A stretch of 53,033 nucleotides of DNA, the filler included, from Sphacelaria rigidula (Eukaryota), in assembly GCA_964200075.2 (NCBI GenBank). It is 4 parts of 4 records of this genome, joined end to end, with 100 filler letters (N's around TTAATTAATTAA, not from the genome) between each part and the next. Parts side by side here need not be neighbours in the genome. Positions count along the whole stretch, not along the records: positions 13,287 to 26,470 come from CAXNAA020003085.1; 3 more parts are not named here. One strand, written 5' to 3'. Positions 13,410 to 25,751 of the stretch are shown one piece after another. Positions within the stretch are counted from its first letter, which is position 1, and the number at the start of each line of letters is the position of its first letter. A model generated the notes under the pieces. That model was not told where the DNA came from. It searched no databases and saw only the letters and a program-made list of their open reading frames with translations. Both the position numbers and the translations under genes were made by a program.

Positions 13410-13960
13410 AACTATGGTTGTACTCTGTTACCCCTCCGTCTCCCTTTTTCAGGGTTGGCGTCGGTCGGGCAACGACGCTGTAAATTATGCCACTCGCTGC
13501 ATAAGCTAGGCAACCAGGTCACCGTTTTTTGTCTTGCTCGCGTTTTCATGCGGTAACCATGATGGTGTTCGAGCTGGATTATTTTGTGCGGGGTGGAGAA
13601 CCTCAAATCCGCGCGAAGAATAAGATCGTACTACGTAGTGTTTGAATGGTGAGACACCCATGACGCAGTGTGTCAGCCGTGGCTTGTCGCTGGGCATGGG
13701 CGATACCCGAAATTGAAGCAACTCATTCGAGGTTTGTCAACCACATGCAAGAAAGTTAGTACGCATCGGGCCGAACAATCTTAGCAGGATGCAGGTCACC
13801 TCCCATGCGACTCGCCGAACACATCACAGCGCTTCGCGCTTGGTAATTGCGAACCTGGTCCTTCGAAAATCCGGCGCACTCCATCCCGACTTTGTGGGGA
13901 TGCGAGTTCAATGGTCTTACGGCTATGGCATGCAGAATCGTGAGTACCCCTTCCCCCCCC
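13410..13960 (-). repeat. Interspersed ~570-bp repeat family with G-rich GTACTCA(T/C)GA end
   Basis: Its reverse complement aligns with 49870-50440. Partial copies lie at 45310-45575, 49555-49750, 52925-53033 and ~39605-39640. Confidence 0.8.
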
Positions 13961-14773
13961 CGCCCGCCCGCCCTCCACCCGGCCCCTATCCCCTCCCGCT
14001 TTTGTGGTTCGTACTCTGCGGTTCGTCAGGGGTTTCCAAGATCGGTTTCCTTGCGTGCCGTGTCGCCTGCAAGCGTACTGCTGCTGCCCGTGCACGTTGG
14101 GTTTATCCTTGCTCACGATCCACGGCCAAGCGAAGGATATCGAGAAAGGCAAGCGGCGTTGCTCATTGTGGCTTCCTTGTCCTCAATGAATCTCTTTTGT
14201 TTTTGTCTTTATTTTTGTCTTTATTTTTGTTCTTGCCTAAGCGTCGCTGCGTCCGTGATTATTAAAGTGCGTGTCTCTCGCTCCTCTTTTCTTCGTTTCC
14301 TTGGATACGCTTGATTTTAGACTACATCCTTGAAATGGAAAAATCGTGTGTTAGCCCTTCGACTGCGAACCCCTCTCGGATGGAATCAGATGGACTATGC
14401 CACATTTGGGGATCTGAACAGCTCTTTTCTCGCTACACAAAACGCATTTGTTTATCAACATGTTGGGCCTCTGCATAGAAAAGAGTCTCGAAAAAATCCT
14501 GACTGACCGGTTTTGACCTTGAAGTCAATTGCACGCAGAATCAGCGTGTGTGCGGTGTGTCTTCGCTGGATGAAACGGCGAGAAACCGTGAGCGTGAAAT
14601 CGCTCTCCAGTGGACACAATCTGCTGCATGCTGCTGATGTCTCTGCTTAGTGTTCCACAACGACACTAAAGGCAGCACGAAGCTGTGCTGGTAATACAAG
14701 AGGCGTCAGACAGGCGGCACAGATCACGAAAAGAGTAAAAATAACGTAATTTGTACTTATAAATTAACGTGCG

Positions 14774-14804
<31 letters not shown>

Positions 14805-15113
14805 GAAATGTAATATATTATTGAATTATCATTATCATCATGAGGAATACAACTAGAGAGCGAAGTTGTCAACCTGTGGGGAAATAAAGTGACCATTTTG
14901 ATAGCCGTGATTGGTCAGAATGGTCACTCAGCTCCTCTAGGGACTCGTTCCTGGCTTAGACTCGACAAAACAAAAATCCGTGGTGAACTTCGAAACACAC
15001 ATAGTTGACTTGGTGAGCTCTTCGGCTGTACGGCGAACAGGCCCCCACCCCCAATAGACCTGAAGATGTGTTCGCGAACAATGGTTAGTACTTGGTTTCA
15101 CTTGATATTAGAG

Positions 15114-15320
15114 TTGAATAAAGTTTGGAGAAAAAAATTATGGTTTGGGGCAGGTGAGCAGTAGACCCAGCTCGTCCAGAACGTGTTCCCGTCCAAAATC
15201 GGTGCGGCAGGTGCTGATCTGAGGGCTCGCAAAGCAAACTTTACCTGGGGAACACTCTGCACTTGCCCTTGCCTGAGGGTTCTGGGTATGCCTCGGTCGG
15301 GGGGTTAGGGTTAGGGTTAG
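15114..15320 (+). repeat. Dispersed repeat ending in GGGGTTAGGGTTAGGGTTAG (copy B)
   Basis: Homologous by eye to 1072-1383; ends in telomere-type TTAGGG units at 15301-15320. Confidence 0.65.
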
Positions 15321-15379
15321 CGGCACTTCATTAGTACCAACCATTTCTTTCAACACATCCACACGTCGGACAGATTAGC

Positions 15380-15958
15380 TCCCTGTAGCTCGAGCTGGCT
15401 CTTTTTTAGCGTAGCTCCCTAGTGAGCTATGAGAGCCACATGAGCTACGCATGTTTGCCCTAGGTGAGCTGCCAACCCGTAGCTCATCAACTCATATTCG
15501 CCCTGGGTGAGCTATGAGAGCTGCATGAGCTACGCATGTTTGCCCTAGGTGATCTACCAACCCGTAGCTCATCAGCGCACGTTTACCTTGGGTGAGCTCT
15601 GAGAGCTGTATGAGCTACGCATGTTTGCCCGAGGTGAGCTACCGACCCGCAGCTCATCAGCTCATGCTTGCTCTGGGTGAGCTATGAGAGCGGCATGAGC
15701 TACGCATGTTTGTCCTGGATGAGCTTTGAGAGCGGCATGAGCTACACATGTTTGCCCTAGATGAGCTGTGACAGCTAGGTGAGCTACGCATATTTACCCT
15801 GGGTGAGCTACCGGACGTGGCTCATCCGCGCATGTTTGCTCTGGGTAAGCTATGAGAGCTACATCAGCTATGCATGTTTACCTTATGGTTGAGCTGTGAG
15901 AGCCACATGAGCTACGCATGTTTGCCCCTGGTTGAGCTGAAGAGCGACGGGAGCTCCG
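15380..15958. repeat. Degenerate ~42-43-bp minisatellite array rich in GAGCT (block 1)
   Basis: Units such as GAGCTATGAGAGCTGCATGAGCTACGCATGTTTGCCCTAGGT alternate with GAGCTACCAACCCGTAGCTCATCAGCGCACGTTTACCTTGGGT variants. Confidence 0.9.
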
Positions 15959-16285
15959 CCGATTTTGGAGTTGTTTCTGTTCCGATGCTCATGCACGTTG
16001 ATACGTGAAACCGGTTACATGTGTACACACCTGTGTTTGGTTTCATGCAGCGATGGATTTTCTTTTTGTAAATATCAACATGGCCGCATCAGAAGCCATC
16101 CGCACGGTAGCCACCACACCCACACACAACCACAGACACATACAACCCGCCCTACATGGCAACCGCCGGGGGCAGCAGCTCTAGCGGCGCTTCAGTCGGG
16201 AATGATGCCGTGAATCTGCATCCTCACCAACAGGCGGTCGATATGGAGAGAGAAATGAGCACACGTACAATATTTGACTGCTTGA

Positions 16286-16394
16286 CCCTTCAACTGCGAG
16301 GGTAGGCGATTTGTTGAATCGGCATCTTTCGCACCCGAGAAATGATGCAAAAATATACTAATTTAGCAGATCGCCAACCCTCGCTGTCGAAGGG
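16286..16394. mobile_element. 109-bp piggyBac-like MITE
   Basis: Termini CCCTTCAACTGCGAGGGTAGGCGATTTGTTGAA and TTAGCAGATCGCCAACCCTCGCTGTCGAAGGG form imperfect TIRs. TTGA flanks both sides. CCCTT ends with a TTAA-like TSD are piggyBac hallmarks. Confidence 0.65.
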
Positions 16395-16704
16395 TTGACC
16401 GTTTGACAGCGTGCATAAGTCATCTGTTGAATCGGCTTCAATTTCACTTTCAAAAAGCATGCATAACCAGATGGGCTCGTACCCTCGTGGCCAAGCGGTT
16501 AAAACAAATGGATTGGTTGATTTTTAAAGACAACGAACATAAATAATGTTGTGAACCATCCGACCATGCGAATGAGGATTTGTGTTGACTTCTTTCTTTT
16601 CGACCTCGAAGAGCAAGGCAGAACACCACAACCTAGTGATATGTTACGCCATCCCTTCAAACAAAACTGTAATATCATGGGCGACAATAGGTTTGCCAGC
16701 GGCG

Positions 16705-17030
16705 AGCTAGGCACATGACTTGAGTGAGCTACGAGCATGTGTTCCCGGGGTGAGCTACCGGGCCTAGCTCATCCACTCATGTGTCCCCCGGGTGAGCTAT
16801 GAGAGCTGCGTGAGCTACACGTGTTTGCCTTGGGTGAGCTATCGAGTGTAGGCCATCCACATATGCTTCGTTGGGTGAGCTGCAAGAGCTGCGTGAGCTA
16901 CACATGTTTTTCCTGGGTGAGCTACCGGATGTGGCTCAATCGCGCATGCTCTCCCTCGGTGAGCTATGAGACCTACATGAGCTACGCATGTTTACCTCGG
17001 GTGAGCCAGGAGGGCTACATGAGTTACGTA
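16705..17030. repeat. Same GAGCT minisatellite (block 2)
   Basis: Same unit family and orientation as 15380-15958, separated from it by ~750 bp that includes the small MITE. Confidence 0.88.
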
Positions 17031-20000
17031 TTAGCAGTAGCCCTTGCTTGAATGTATACACAGCAGCCTTCGTTTGACGAAAATTCGTTTGGAGGCAGGT
17101 CTGGAGATCTCAATAGGCGTGACTGAAACATGTGTTTCAACTACGTTACACCTTGAGAACCCAACCCGAGCAAACGCGCACAGACATCCAAAACATGAGT
17201 GCAGCACGCCTGGCACCAGCTCTTGCTAGTCTATACACGGTGCTCTTTGTTTCACGGCAATCCGTGTGGTGTTGGATGAGGCCCAGCCGTGTTTGCGCAA
17301 CAAAATTTGCTCAAGATGGAGTCGTGGACCGTCTTACTTACATAGGCACATATTTTTGTTTCGGAGGTGGTGAGTATTACATGAAGTGCACAGCGTCACA
17401 GATCCACAAGAGAGTATGGAGCTCAGCATTCCACCGTACTGGTACACAGTGCAGTTGGATAAATAGGTGAGGGCGCAGAGCGCATATCACACTGCGTTCT
17501 ACAGTGCACGTACGTCGGACCCCCCCTTATTGGCCAATGGGTGTGTAGGGTAGCTGGCGGTGGTTTGTGAAGTTGAAAAAAAACACTGAATCCCTGTGCA
17601 TGGATGCAGTGAGTAAATGAGGAGTATCGGTAGACCCCAGACTACGGGGTTTTCAGATTCTGTGCCTGAACATACAATTTGACCGTTCGTCACGGGTCAT
17701 CCGTCGACCTTCTTCTGCGTGACGGTAGAAAAGAGTGACAGCTTTCTCCTCTTCATTCCGAACGTCTAGTGTAGAAAAGTTTCGAAAAATATCATTTTTT
17801 TGACTCGGGGAAAGTATAGAATACCGGACATGAATGTACTGATCTATGTATGGAGCGGAGAGACATTTACGCTGTTAGTAAATAGGAATAAACTTTACTT
17901 TTTGTTTTTCGTCACATTTTCCACTCCTCCTCCTTCTTCGATCGAGTCGGTGGTCTCGAGGGATCAAGTCATCTCTCCCCCGGCACATGCGTCACCAATA
18001 GGAATAATCCCGGATTGGATCATGACCATCAGCACCTCCCGCTCCGCATCGACCCTCGCCCCCGTACTCTATCCCAAGAACCTTTGGTCAAGTCGACCGC
18101 AGTATCGCATAGTACGAGCTAGTTCGAACTAGAAAGTCGGAAAACTCGCCAGTGTGCGGGTAGGTTCCTTTTCAACCACGTGTCGAAAAGTCAGACCCCA
18201 ACTATGAGAAATGAGCAGTGCGTGGACAGATTTCGAAACTGCCCCGATCATTGTTCTCGGAGATATTTCCGTCGTGTAAGTGATACAACTGAAGCAACCC
18301 TTGAGAAATGAGGGTGGAGGTTTCGATTCACGGCGGACACCACATTTTGTTTTTTCCGACATGTGTCTGATTTTCGTCTCTTTCAAGACATGAGGACGTG
18401 GCCAAGCTTCCATGCGCCTGCTGGATCACAAAACAAATGCATTGATGCCTTGACTTCAAAAGGTCGAGTTATGACCCATCTGAACAGGACATGAGGTCCT
18501 TTAGGCGGACCAGCTTGTACTCTGTTTCTGGACCAGCCGTTCTTATCACCATGCGTATCGTTTCCCTTCGTCTAACTGCCCGTCTCTCTGCCTGTTCTGT
18601 CTCTTTCGTCTCTTCGCCCCTCATTAACACAAATCCCCACCAAAACCGAACACTTGAACTAAAACACACACAGGCGGGAGAGAGGTAATCTCGTACGTGA
18701 ATCAAAATCTCAAGGCCCGAAAACGCGAGCTCCGTTTCGATCTCAAGCGAAAGTGGTGCAGGTCCTGGATAGAGGTCCAGTACGAGTCTGCAGCTACCTC
18801 GTTTGGCCGCACCATCGTCAAAACAGACGACGAATCGGACCCTCGGTATGTCGTGATCCGGGAACAACCACTGCTGCAGGCGGGCAAAGAAGATTCCGAC
18901 AATTTTGTTGACAGCGTTGGTAGTACTCGAGGGCGGCGGCCAGGAAACAAAGAAAAAATGCCCGAATCCGCAACTGTGCGGGGGGGGAGTGGTCGTACCT
19001 TGGTACGTGGTAGTGGTAGTTATGGGGAAGCACTCATTTAGGGCATACGAAAACGGTTTGTTTTTTACCGGTAGGTTAGGTCAGGGGTGCTGTAATTGAT
19101 TCGGATCGAACGGTCTCATTAAGTTGGTAGGCGTTTCGGTGTAGGAATTCAGCTGTTGTGCAACAATGTGTACGTTTCTCTGTACAGTTAATTGAAGAGT
19201 TTGTTTGACATGAAGCAAGCGAAGCAAGCCGTTTGTTGTGGTGGTTGTGTGCGGGAACGATGACGTGTGTGATTTCAAGGGTGGTGGTAATGGAAGTCGA
19301 GGTGTGCATGCAGTGAACGACACTCTGGACGATACGTGGTCGATATAGTAGTTGCAATAGAGAAGAATTTTACTGCGTGAAGTACAAGCCTATGGTAACT
19401 ATTGCCGTGACAATATGTGGCGGTGGTAATGGAAGTCGAGGTGCCCATGCATGCAGTGACCTACACCCTGAACAAGACGTGGACAAGTTGAACGGTTGGA
19501 ATAGAAGAATGTATTGCGTAGAGTATAGGCCTATTCCAACTATTGCCGGCCAACCATAGTTGCAATAGGCCCACACTTCACGCAGCATTATTTTCTATTG
19601 CAACTATTGACCACGTCTTGTTCAGGGTGCGTGCAGTTATCGCACAAGCATGGGTCGTCACCGCTTTTCAGTGATGTCCAAGCTTCGGAGCGGCAGTCGG
19701 GAACATGATACGGCCCTTCCACCAACGATGGCAACATTTCAAGAGGAACATGGGTGTGTATTCGAACCCAGCTATCCCTCTCCTGCTCGACATCCGAGAG
19801 ACGCACCGAAGAAGTGGAACTCAGTGTCGACCTTCAAGCGTGTAGATTTTTTCAGCTGTGTGGGCGTGTGTCCCAATCACGATCTCTGGTTGCTCATACC
19901 CCGTTTAAATTTGTTCTTCAGATCCTTAAAACCGTAGTCTACTGCACATTCCCCCTACAAAAATGCATCCACCATCATCGTAGCAGTAATCAATACCGCC

Positions 20001-21814
20001 GAGTACTACGTATGCCGCTACCAGCTCTCTTGACAATCGCAGCACCTCGTCACACGCAGACATCCGTTCGCTCTCAATCACAAAGCAAGACAAAGTTGCT
20101 GCGACCCGTCGTGCCAACAATGGAAACAAACCATCCATCCCATGTGCCGCCACTTTTCGCCACCGCTTGACCTATTTTCCCCTTTCGAAAACATGACAAT
20201 ATCCGACTTTCCTCAAAAGGCAGCTCGAGCCTCAATTCTAGACTCGGACCCTGAGGGGTTTCGCTCGTCTTGGAATATTTTCCCTAGTATCCCGGGACCT
20301 CCCATCGCCAACAGAAATATTTTAGTGTTCCAGATGGATCCTGCCCAGCTCTCTTCACCTGCACGACCGACACATGTCGAAGCGCCCGGTCCGAAAACTA
20401 CATTCCCCTGCATGCACACGCGTTCAGATAATAAATCCGTACTCATGACCCTCCATCGACACAAGCGACGACGCACCCTACTACCTGGAAGAAAACAAAC
20501 ACAACCCTGCTGATTAAACCGAGCCAAACCGAATGCTACAGACACCACCTCCACAGGGGCTTCACACCAACTACTACAGTACTGCTGCGACCAGCCGGAC
20601 AATATCGTGTATGTGATGTATATATTCGAACGCGGGAGAAAAAGGTCGATTGAGTACTCCCTATCGAGATCACGCATGATGACAGCGCACTGTAAATGTT
20701 CCGATGGGGCAGCACTGGCGGGTGGCTACGGCTTCCCCTCTGAACCATCCACACAAACGTACACAAGGGCAATTATTCGTGTAGGCCTGACTGCTATGAA
20801 TGAATCAACACGCAAAACACATGATCAATTTTTGAGCACCTCGTCCCGCAGCGGGTAATGCTACATAACTCACGAATGGGTTTCACAGGCGTGGGGCAGA
20901 GGAGGGGGAGGGGAAGGTTTTCCGATGTAGTTGTGATTCTGGCCAAGAGGAGATCGATTTGCGCAAATCGGGGAATACGATCCGTTAACCGCGTTTGTTA
21001 TGCGTTAAAACTCACCATGTGTTACAGTGTCAATCTACCTTATGACATCTCGTGATATCCATGCCGTGCTCTGCAGCGGTAGATATGGATCCCTCAAGCA
21101 TTATAGGGGAAAAAAAAATGCCGCATGAGAAAAACCACGTCTCCCTGAACGAAAGCTCCGAATAGTGAACAACAGAGTCGATATCTCAAGCTGAATCGAT
21201 CGCTCTTCTCCTCTTTGGGGCGATCCACGGTCTCTACCCAACTCTAGCGCCAAAGCACAGACAGGTCAGTGGCGAGTTGTGCTCAAAGGGACCCGGCCAA
21301 AGGTGGGTTAACTCGTCGGGTTCGACTGTACATACTGCAGGCCTGTCTACGCATCCTACCTTCCAGGACCACTCTTCTGATAATAACTCACTTCACTCCG
21401 CATACACAGTTTACGACACAGCTTACAAGATACAACACACAAAAAGAGACAGGCCGGCAATATATATTTGTTTATCATTTGTCCTCGACCCTACAATACC
21501 TGCCGAGTTATTTCGCATTTGCTCTCGTCTACAGATTACACACCTCTCTCTCTTCGCCCCCCAGAAGTCTATAGAGATACGACACATGCTAACCAGGGGG
21601 GTGCTTGTGTTTCACTCTAACGAAGATGCGGGCCACTGCCCCCCTCCCCACGTGAATTTTACACCCTTCAAACGCCCCACCTCCGAATCAGCCCCCATCC
21701 TCCCCGACACCTCCCTTTCCCTCAAACACACCACTGTACGCTAATTACATAAACACGCAACAAAAATGTCCATAAATCAGCTACCACTGACTAGCCCCCT
21801 TCAATCAGCGAGGG

Positions 21815-24800
21815 CTACCACATCGTAGCGGCTTCGGAGGCGGGGGTGAAGGCCGCCGCCACGCCTGAGCTTTTCGAAATCGCCGCGACCTCAGCCGGTG
21901 GGGCCAAGGACGAGGAATGGGACGGGCTTCTACGACCTTTCTTGATTAATGGCGTGGATTCCAACGTCCGCGATGACTCGGTTGTCACAACAGAAATATC
22001 TGTCACCCGATCTCTAGTCCGTTTTGAACCCAACGGAGCGCCGGCGCTGGAGCAGGGTGCATCACTCTGGACGGCAGCAAGATCGGGCTGCACCTGGCCC
22101 TGGAACGAGAACAAAGAAGCGACCGCCGCAGCTGCCACCTGTCGATCCTGTGCGGCCTGTCTATCGGCATCCTCCTGCGCCGCAGTAGCGGGCACCACCC
22201 GTCGTCCCCATTCATCCGTCCCTGCGCCCAGCGGTGACGATATTGCACCCTCCGTCGTCCACGGCTGTGCCACGGCATCCGCAGCGGCGGCGGCGATGAC
22301 GGGTGTAGAGAGGAGTGGATTACTCCTGGACACCGGACCTACTATTACCCCCCAGGGATTGCCCGCCACAGCAGACGCTACGGGGGGGGAAGGTTGGGTG
22401 TCGTTCTCGGAATGCTCGTCCAGAGGCGGAGTTGCTGTGCGCGGCGTTGCCACTTCCGTAGAAGCCTGCGATAATCGACTCGCTTTTTCGGCAACCGCGA
22501 CGGCAGCGGTGGCGACCAAGGGCGAGTCCTCGATGGACGTGACGACAGAGCGGGCAGGAGGCGGATGGCTTGTTGGTTTCAACACCGCCGTTGTCGGCGA
22601 CGCTAGCAGGTCTTCTGGCGGCAGGACAGCCCGCGGCGGCGACGGCGACGGCGACGGAGAGGAAAGCGTATCGCTTCTGCCTCCCGTCGCTGGGTCGCTC
22701 ATTTTTAACCTTTTGCTCGGTCGCGGTGAAGCCCTCTGCTTATCGCAGCGCGTGTCCCACGGATCAGACCTCGAAGTGGCGGCAGGCGTTTCTTCACTGA
22801 CCACGGAATCGGATATAACACGATGGCCGTGAACCGGGGAATTGTGACCGTACGATTCGCTCCCAGGCGACGGGCTCCGTTGCGGGAATACCTCGTGGGG
22901 TGCAGCATCGGCGGATGCAGTTTCGGCGGGCGCAGTATCGGCGGTCATCACAGTCGCATCATCCTCTGCAGTTTCCTGCAGATTGTCCATAGCCTCCACA
23001 TCGCGCAGCGCGGCGCACAGTCTATGGAGCCTCTCACCCTTCACGTCACCAGCCCCCTTGCCGGCGGAATGAGCCGACGACGATGCAGACGGTATTGGCG
23101 CATGCTCCGCGAGTTCTTTTGCTTTGGCCGGTGGTGGTTCGGAGGCGGGGGTGGCCTCCACAAACCGACCAGCCGCTGGTTTCTTGCCCATTGCAGCGTT
23201 AGCCGCCGCGGCCGCTAACGCCGCCGCACGAGCTGCTTCAGTGACAGGTGCTTGCCATCGGCACGAGTTCGACGCCGTTCGATCATCGCTACAATCAGAT
23301 TCTTGGGACGACGACTCTCCGCCCGTCGAAGCGGTCGCCAAGCTCGCATTTCGTCGCTTCGCACTTTTCGAAGACAAGCGCGCGACGGCGGCGGAGGTGG
23401 CGGTCGCCCGCCCCCCCGCTTGAGCGGTGGCGCGCGATCCATCCTTGGCATCTGTCCGCTGCGTCTTGAGCGATGTTGACTTGGCGTCGCCGCTGCTTGG
23501 AGAGCCCACGCCACCTGCGTCGCTGGCGCGAGCTGTCGCCGCCATCGCGGCTAGTTTGGTTCTCGCGTCACGTTGACGGCGATTCAAGGCTTTCCATCGG
23601 ATCTTGACCGCGTTTTCTGTGCGCCCCGTAAGGCGCTTTGCGATATCCGCCCATCGGTTACCAACTTCGCCCTATTATGAGAGCGCAAGCGGGATGACGT
23701 TGGCGGCAGCAGCGGTAGCAGCAGTAGCAGCAGCAGAGGTGAAACTTGGGCATACATCGAACATTGCGATAGTGACAAAACTAGTCCAAAAACGTGAGAA
23801 AAAGCCAGTCGCATCGGGAAATGATGGAAGGACGCCACAAGAACGAACGACGACGCGTGAAAAAAAATCGAACCCGCCAAACCGCTTGGGGGTGGGATGT
23901 TACGACAAAATCAACGGCGAACAGTGGACATTCCAAAAGTAGGCTATACTGGCGCGTACCTTGTACCAGAACTACTCAAGAGTGTTTTGCAAACCGTTGA
24001 GATATTTACGGTTAAACTACAATCACACCACCCTGTTCGTGTGATCTACACAGAAATGTCCCCCTAACAGGACAAGGAACGAGGAACGACAGTAGTGGAA
24101 TAGTGCAGGGTTTGAGGCACAGTCCCGCATAGGAGGGATCAGTAAAGTCGCGGTATAGTTTGTGCGAGAAGATGACACATCTGCGTGTAGGGATGATTGC
24201 CCTCCCCCCGCCCCCCTTTCCCGACCTCCGTCCCCCAACTGAAAGAACGGGAACAGCACACTAGGACTTGCGGGCCACCTGGTTTCCGTGTTACCTGGAG
24301 ACAGATGATGAGCTCGTCTTCTTCCGTGGTGTAACCGCCCTTCCGGACTGCTGGGTCAAGGTGATGGCACCAGCGCTCGCGGCATTGCTTGGACGTTCTT
24401 CCCTCCATGAACGACGCCACCTGTCAAACCAATAAAATTTCGGACGGGTGGGTGCAACATACCCAAGCGAGACAAGCGGACGTTGAGATGGGTCAATTGA
24501 CTTGAAAAAATCGCGACAAGATCGCAAACTCCAACTGGACATTTGACCTCGAGCGACCACATTCATAGCTGATGCCCATCGCATTCTCCTCTCCCCCGCT
24601 CGTCGCTTGTCAATGGTCAAACGACCAAGGCAAGCAACAAATGAGTACGCCTCCTCCCCCCCGTGCTCCGTCTCGAAAGGGATGCGTGGTCACTGGTCAA
24701 ATGACTAAGGCAAGCAACAAATGAGTACGCCCCCCCTCCCCCCCCCGTCGCTTGTTCTGTGTAGTTAGACATGATGCAGCTATTCCCAGCGGCGGTACAT

Positions 24801-25751
24801 ACTCTGGCGAGCTAGAGGCACACAGTACGTCGGTTTTAGCAAGGTACAATTTCGGACGACCATGTTCGGTGGCGTTTTTTTGCGGTCAGCTATCGTACGT
24901 CCGATGCCAACTTCAATGGCGGTGAATCCGCAAGATATGTCCGAATGCCCTCGGGTGGATCACTCCGCTCTCGAGGTTGATCAGCAAACAAGGCCAGTGT
25001 TTCTCAGCGAAGACATGCCGAGCTTCTGAGCAACCGACTCCATCGACAATTCTTGCACGTAGTGGCCATTTCTTACGTTGGAAGTATCGTGGCTTTGTCA
25101 TGAAGCTGTCACCCGTATGCGGAGACACAATCCAACAAATAAGTGACTTTTGTTCTTCTACAGCGTAATAGAAAACATCCCTCTGAAAAATGGAATCTCC
25201 ACCCAACACGGGATCTTACAAATTGGGGATGAGAAACCCGGAGGATTAAAATCTTCGTATCCACACCAAATCTTCGAAATATGGCTCCATTGCTTCACCT
25301 ACTGATAACTATTGACAACTGCTACACGCCATAGAAATTTGGATTTCGATTACCGAAATGTTGGGGCCCTAGGTGAAAAACGATTTCGGAACAGTTTTGG
25401 CGTCCGTTCGGACACCCGGACTTCCCCAAAATTGTGTTTTCACCTAGGACCCCAACATTTCGGTAATCGAAATCCAAATTTCTATGGCGTGTAGCAGTTG
25501 TCAATAGTTATCAGTAGGTGAAGAAATGGAACCATATTTCGAATATTTGGTGCGGATACGAAGATTTTAATCCTCCGGGTTTCTCATCCTCAATAAAAGA
25601 TCCATCCCCAATTTGTAAGATCCCGTGTTACCCGCTTTGTTAATCACGTACGCACCTGTCCCCAATTGCGAAAGCCTCGTTCTACCACACGTACTAGACG
25701 ATCATCCTCCTCTTGACTCCACTGCCCCTTCACCAGACCAGGTTTCAACAC
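21815..25751 (-). CDS. 3R-type (R1R2R3) MYB transcription factor, 5'-incomplete
   Basis: Phase-0 exons with GT-AG ends: 25751-25656 (VLKPGLVKGQWSQEEDDRLVRVVERGFRNWGQ; end of R1 and start of R2; not in the ORF track), 24420-24295 (VASFMEGRTSKQCRERWCHHLDPAVRKGGYTTEEDELIICLQ), 23671-21815 (GEVGNRWADIAKRLTGRTENAVKIRWKAL followed by a long Ala/Ser/Pro-rich tail to the stop). VLxPxLVKGxW before R2 parallels c-Myb VLNPELIKGPW, implying an R1 exon beyond the contig end. Confidence 0.9.
25205..25629. mobile_element. Foldback/MITE-type element with ~175-bp terminal inverted repeats in a MYB intron
   Basis: AACACGGGATCTTACAAATTGGGGATG... is mirrored by ...CATCCCCAATTTGTAAGATCCCGTGTT. The arms are near-perfectly complementary apart from a ~19-nt insertion in the right arm. 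ACCC flanks both ends (25201-25204 and 25630-25633), a candidate 4-bp TSD. Confidence 0.88.

Noticed and set aside
15301-15320. True chromosome end
   Set aside because: Only ~3 TTAGGG units, internal to a contig and attached to a dispersed repeat.
15380-17030. CRISPR-like array
   Set aside because: The units are contiguous degenerate tandem repeats without unique spacers. The context is eukaryotic and there are no cas genes.
19588-19870. Chromodomain of a Gypsy integrase (VRLSDVEQERDSW...VP) on the minus strand
   Set aside because: The resemblance is limited to a few residues, needs a frameshift, and no integrase or RT is nearby.
21846-22832. 328-aa plus-strand ORF
   Set aside because: Antisense shadow of the GC-rich MYB last exon, with no recognisable domain.
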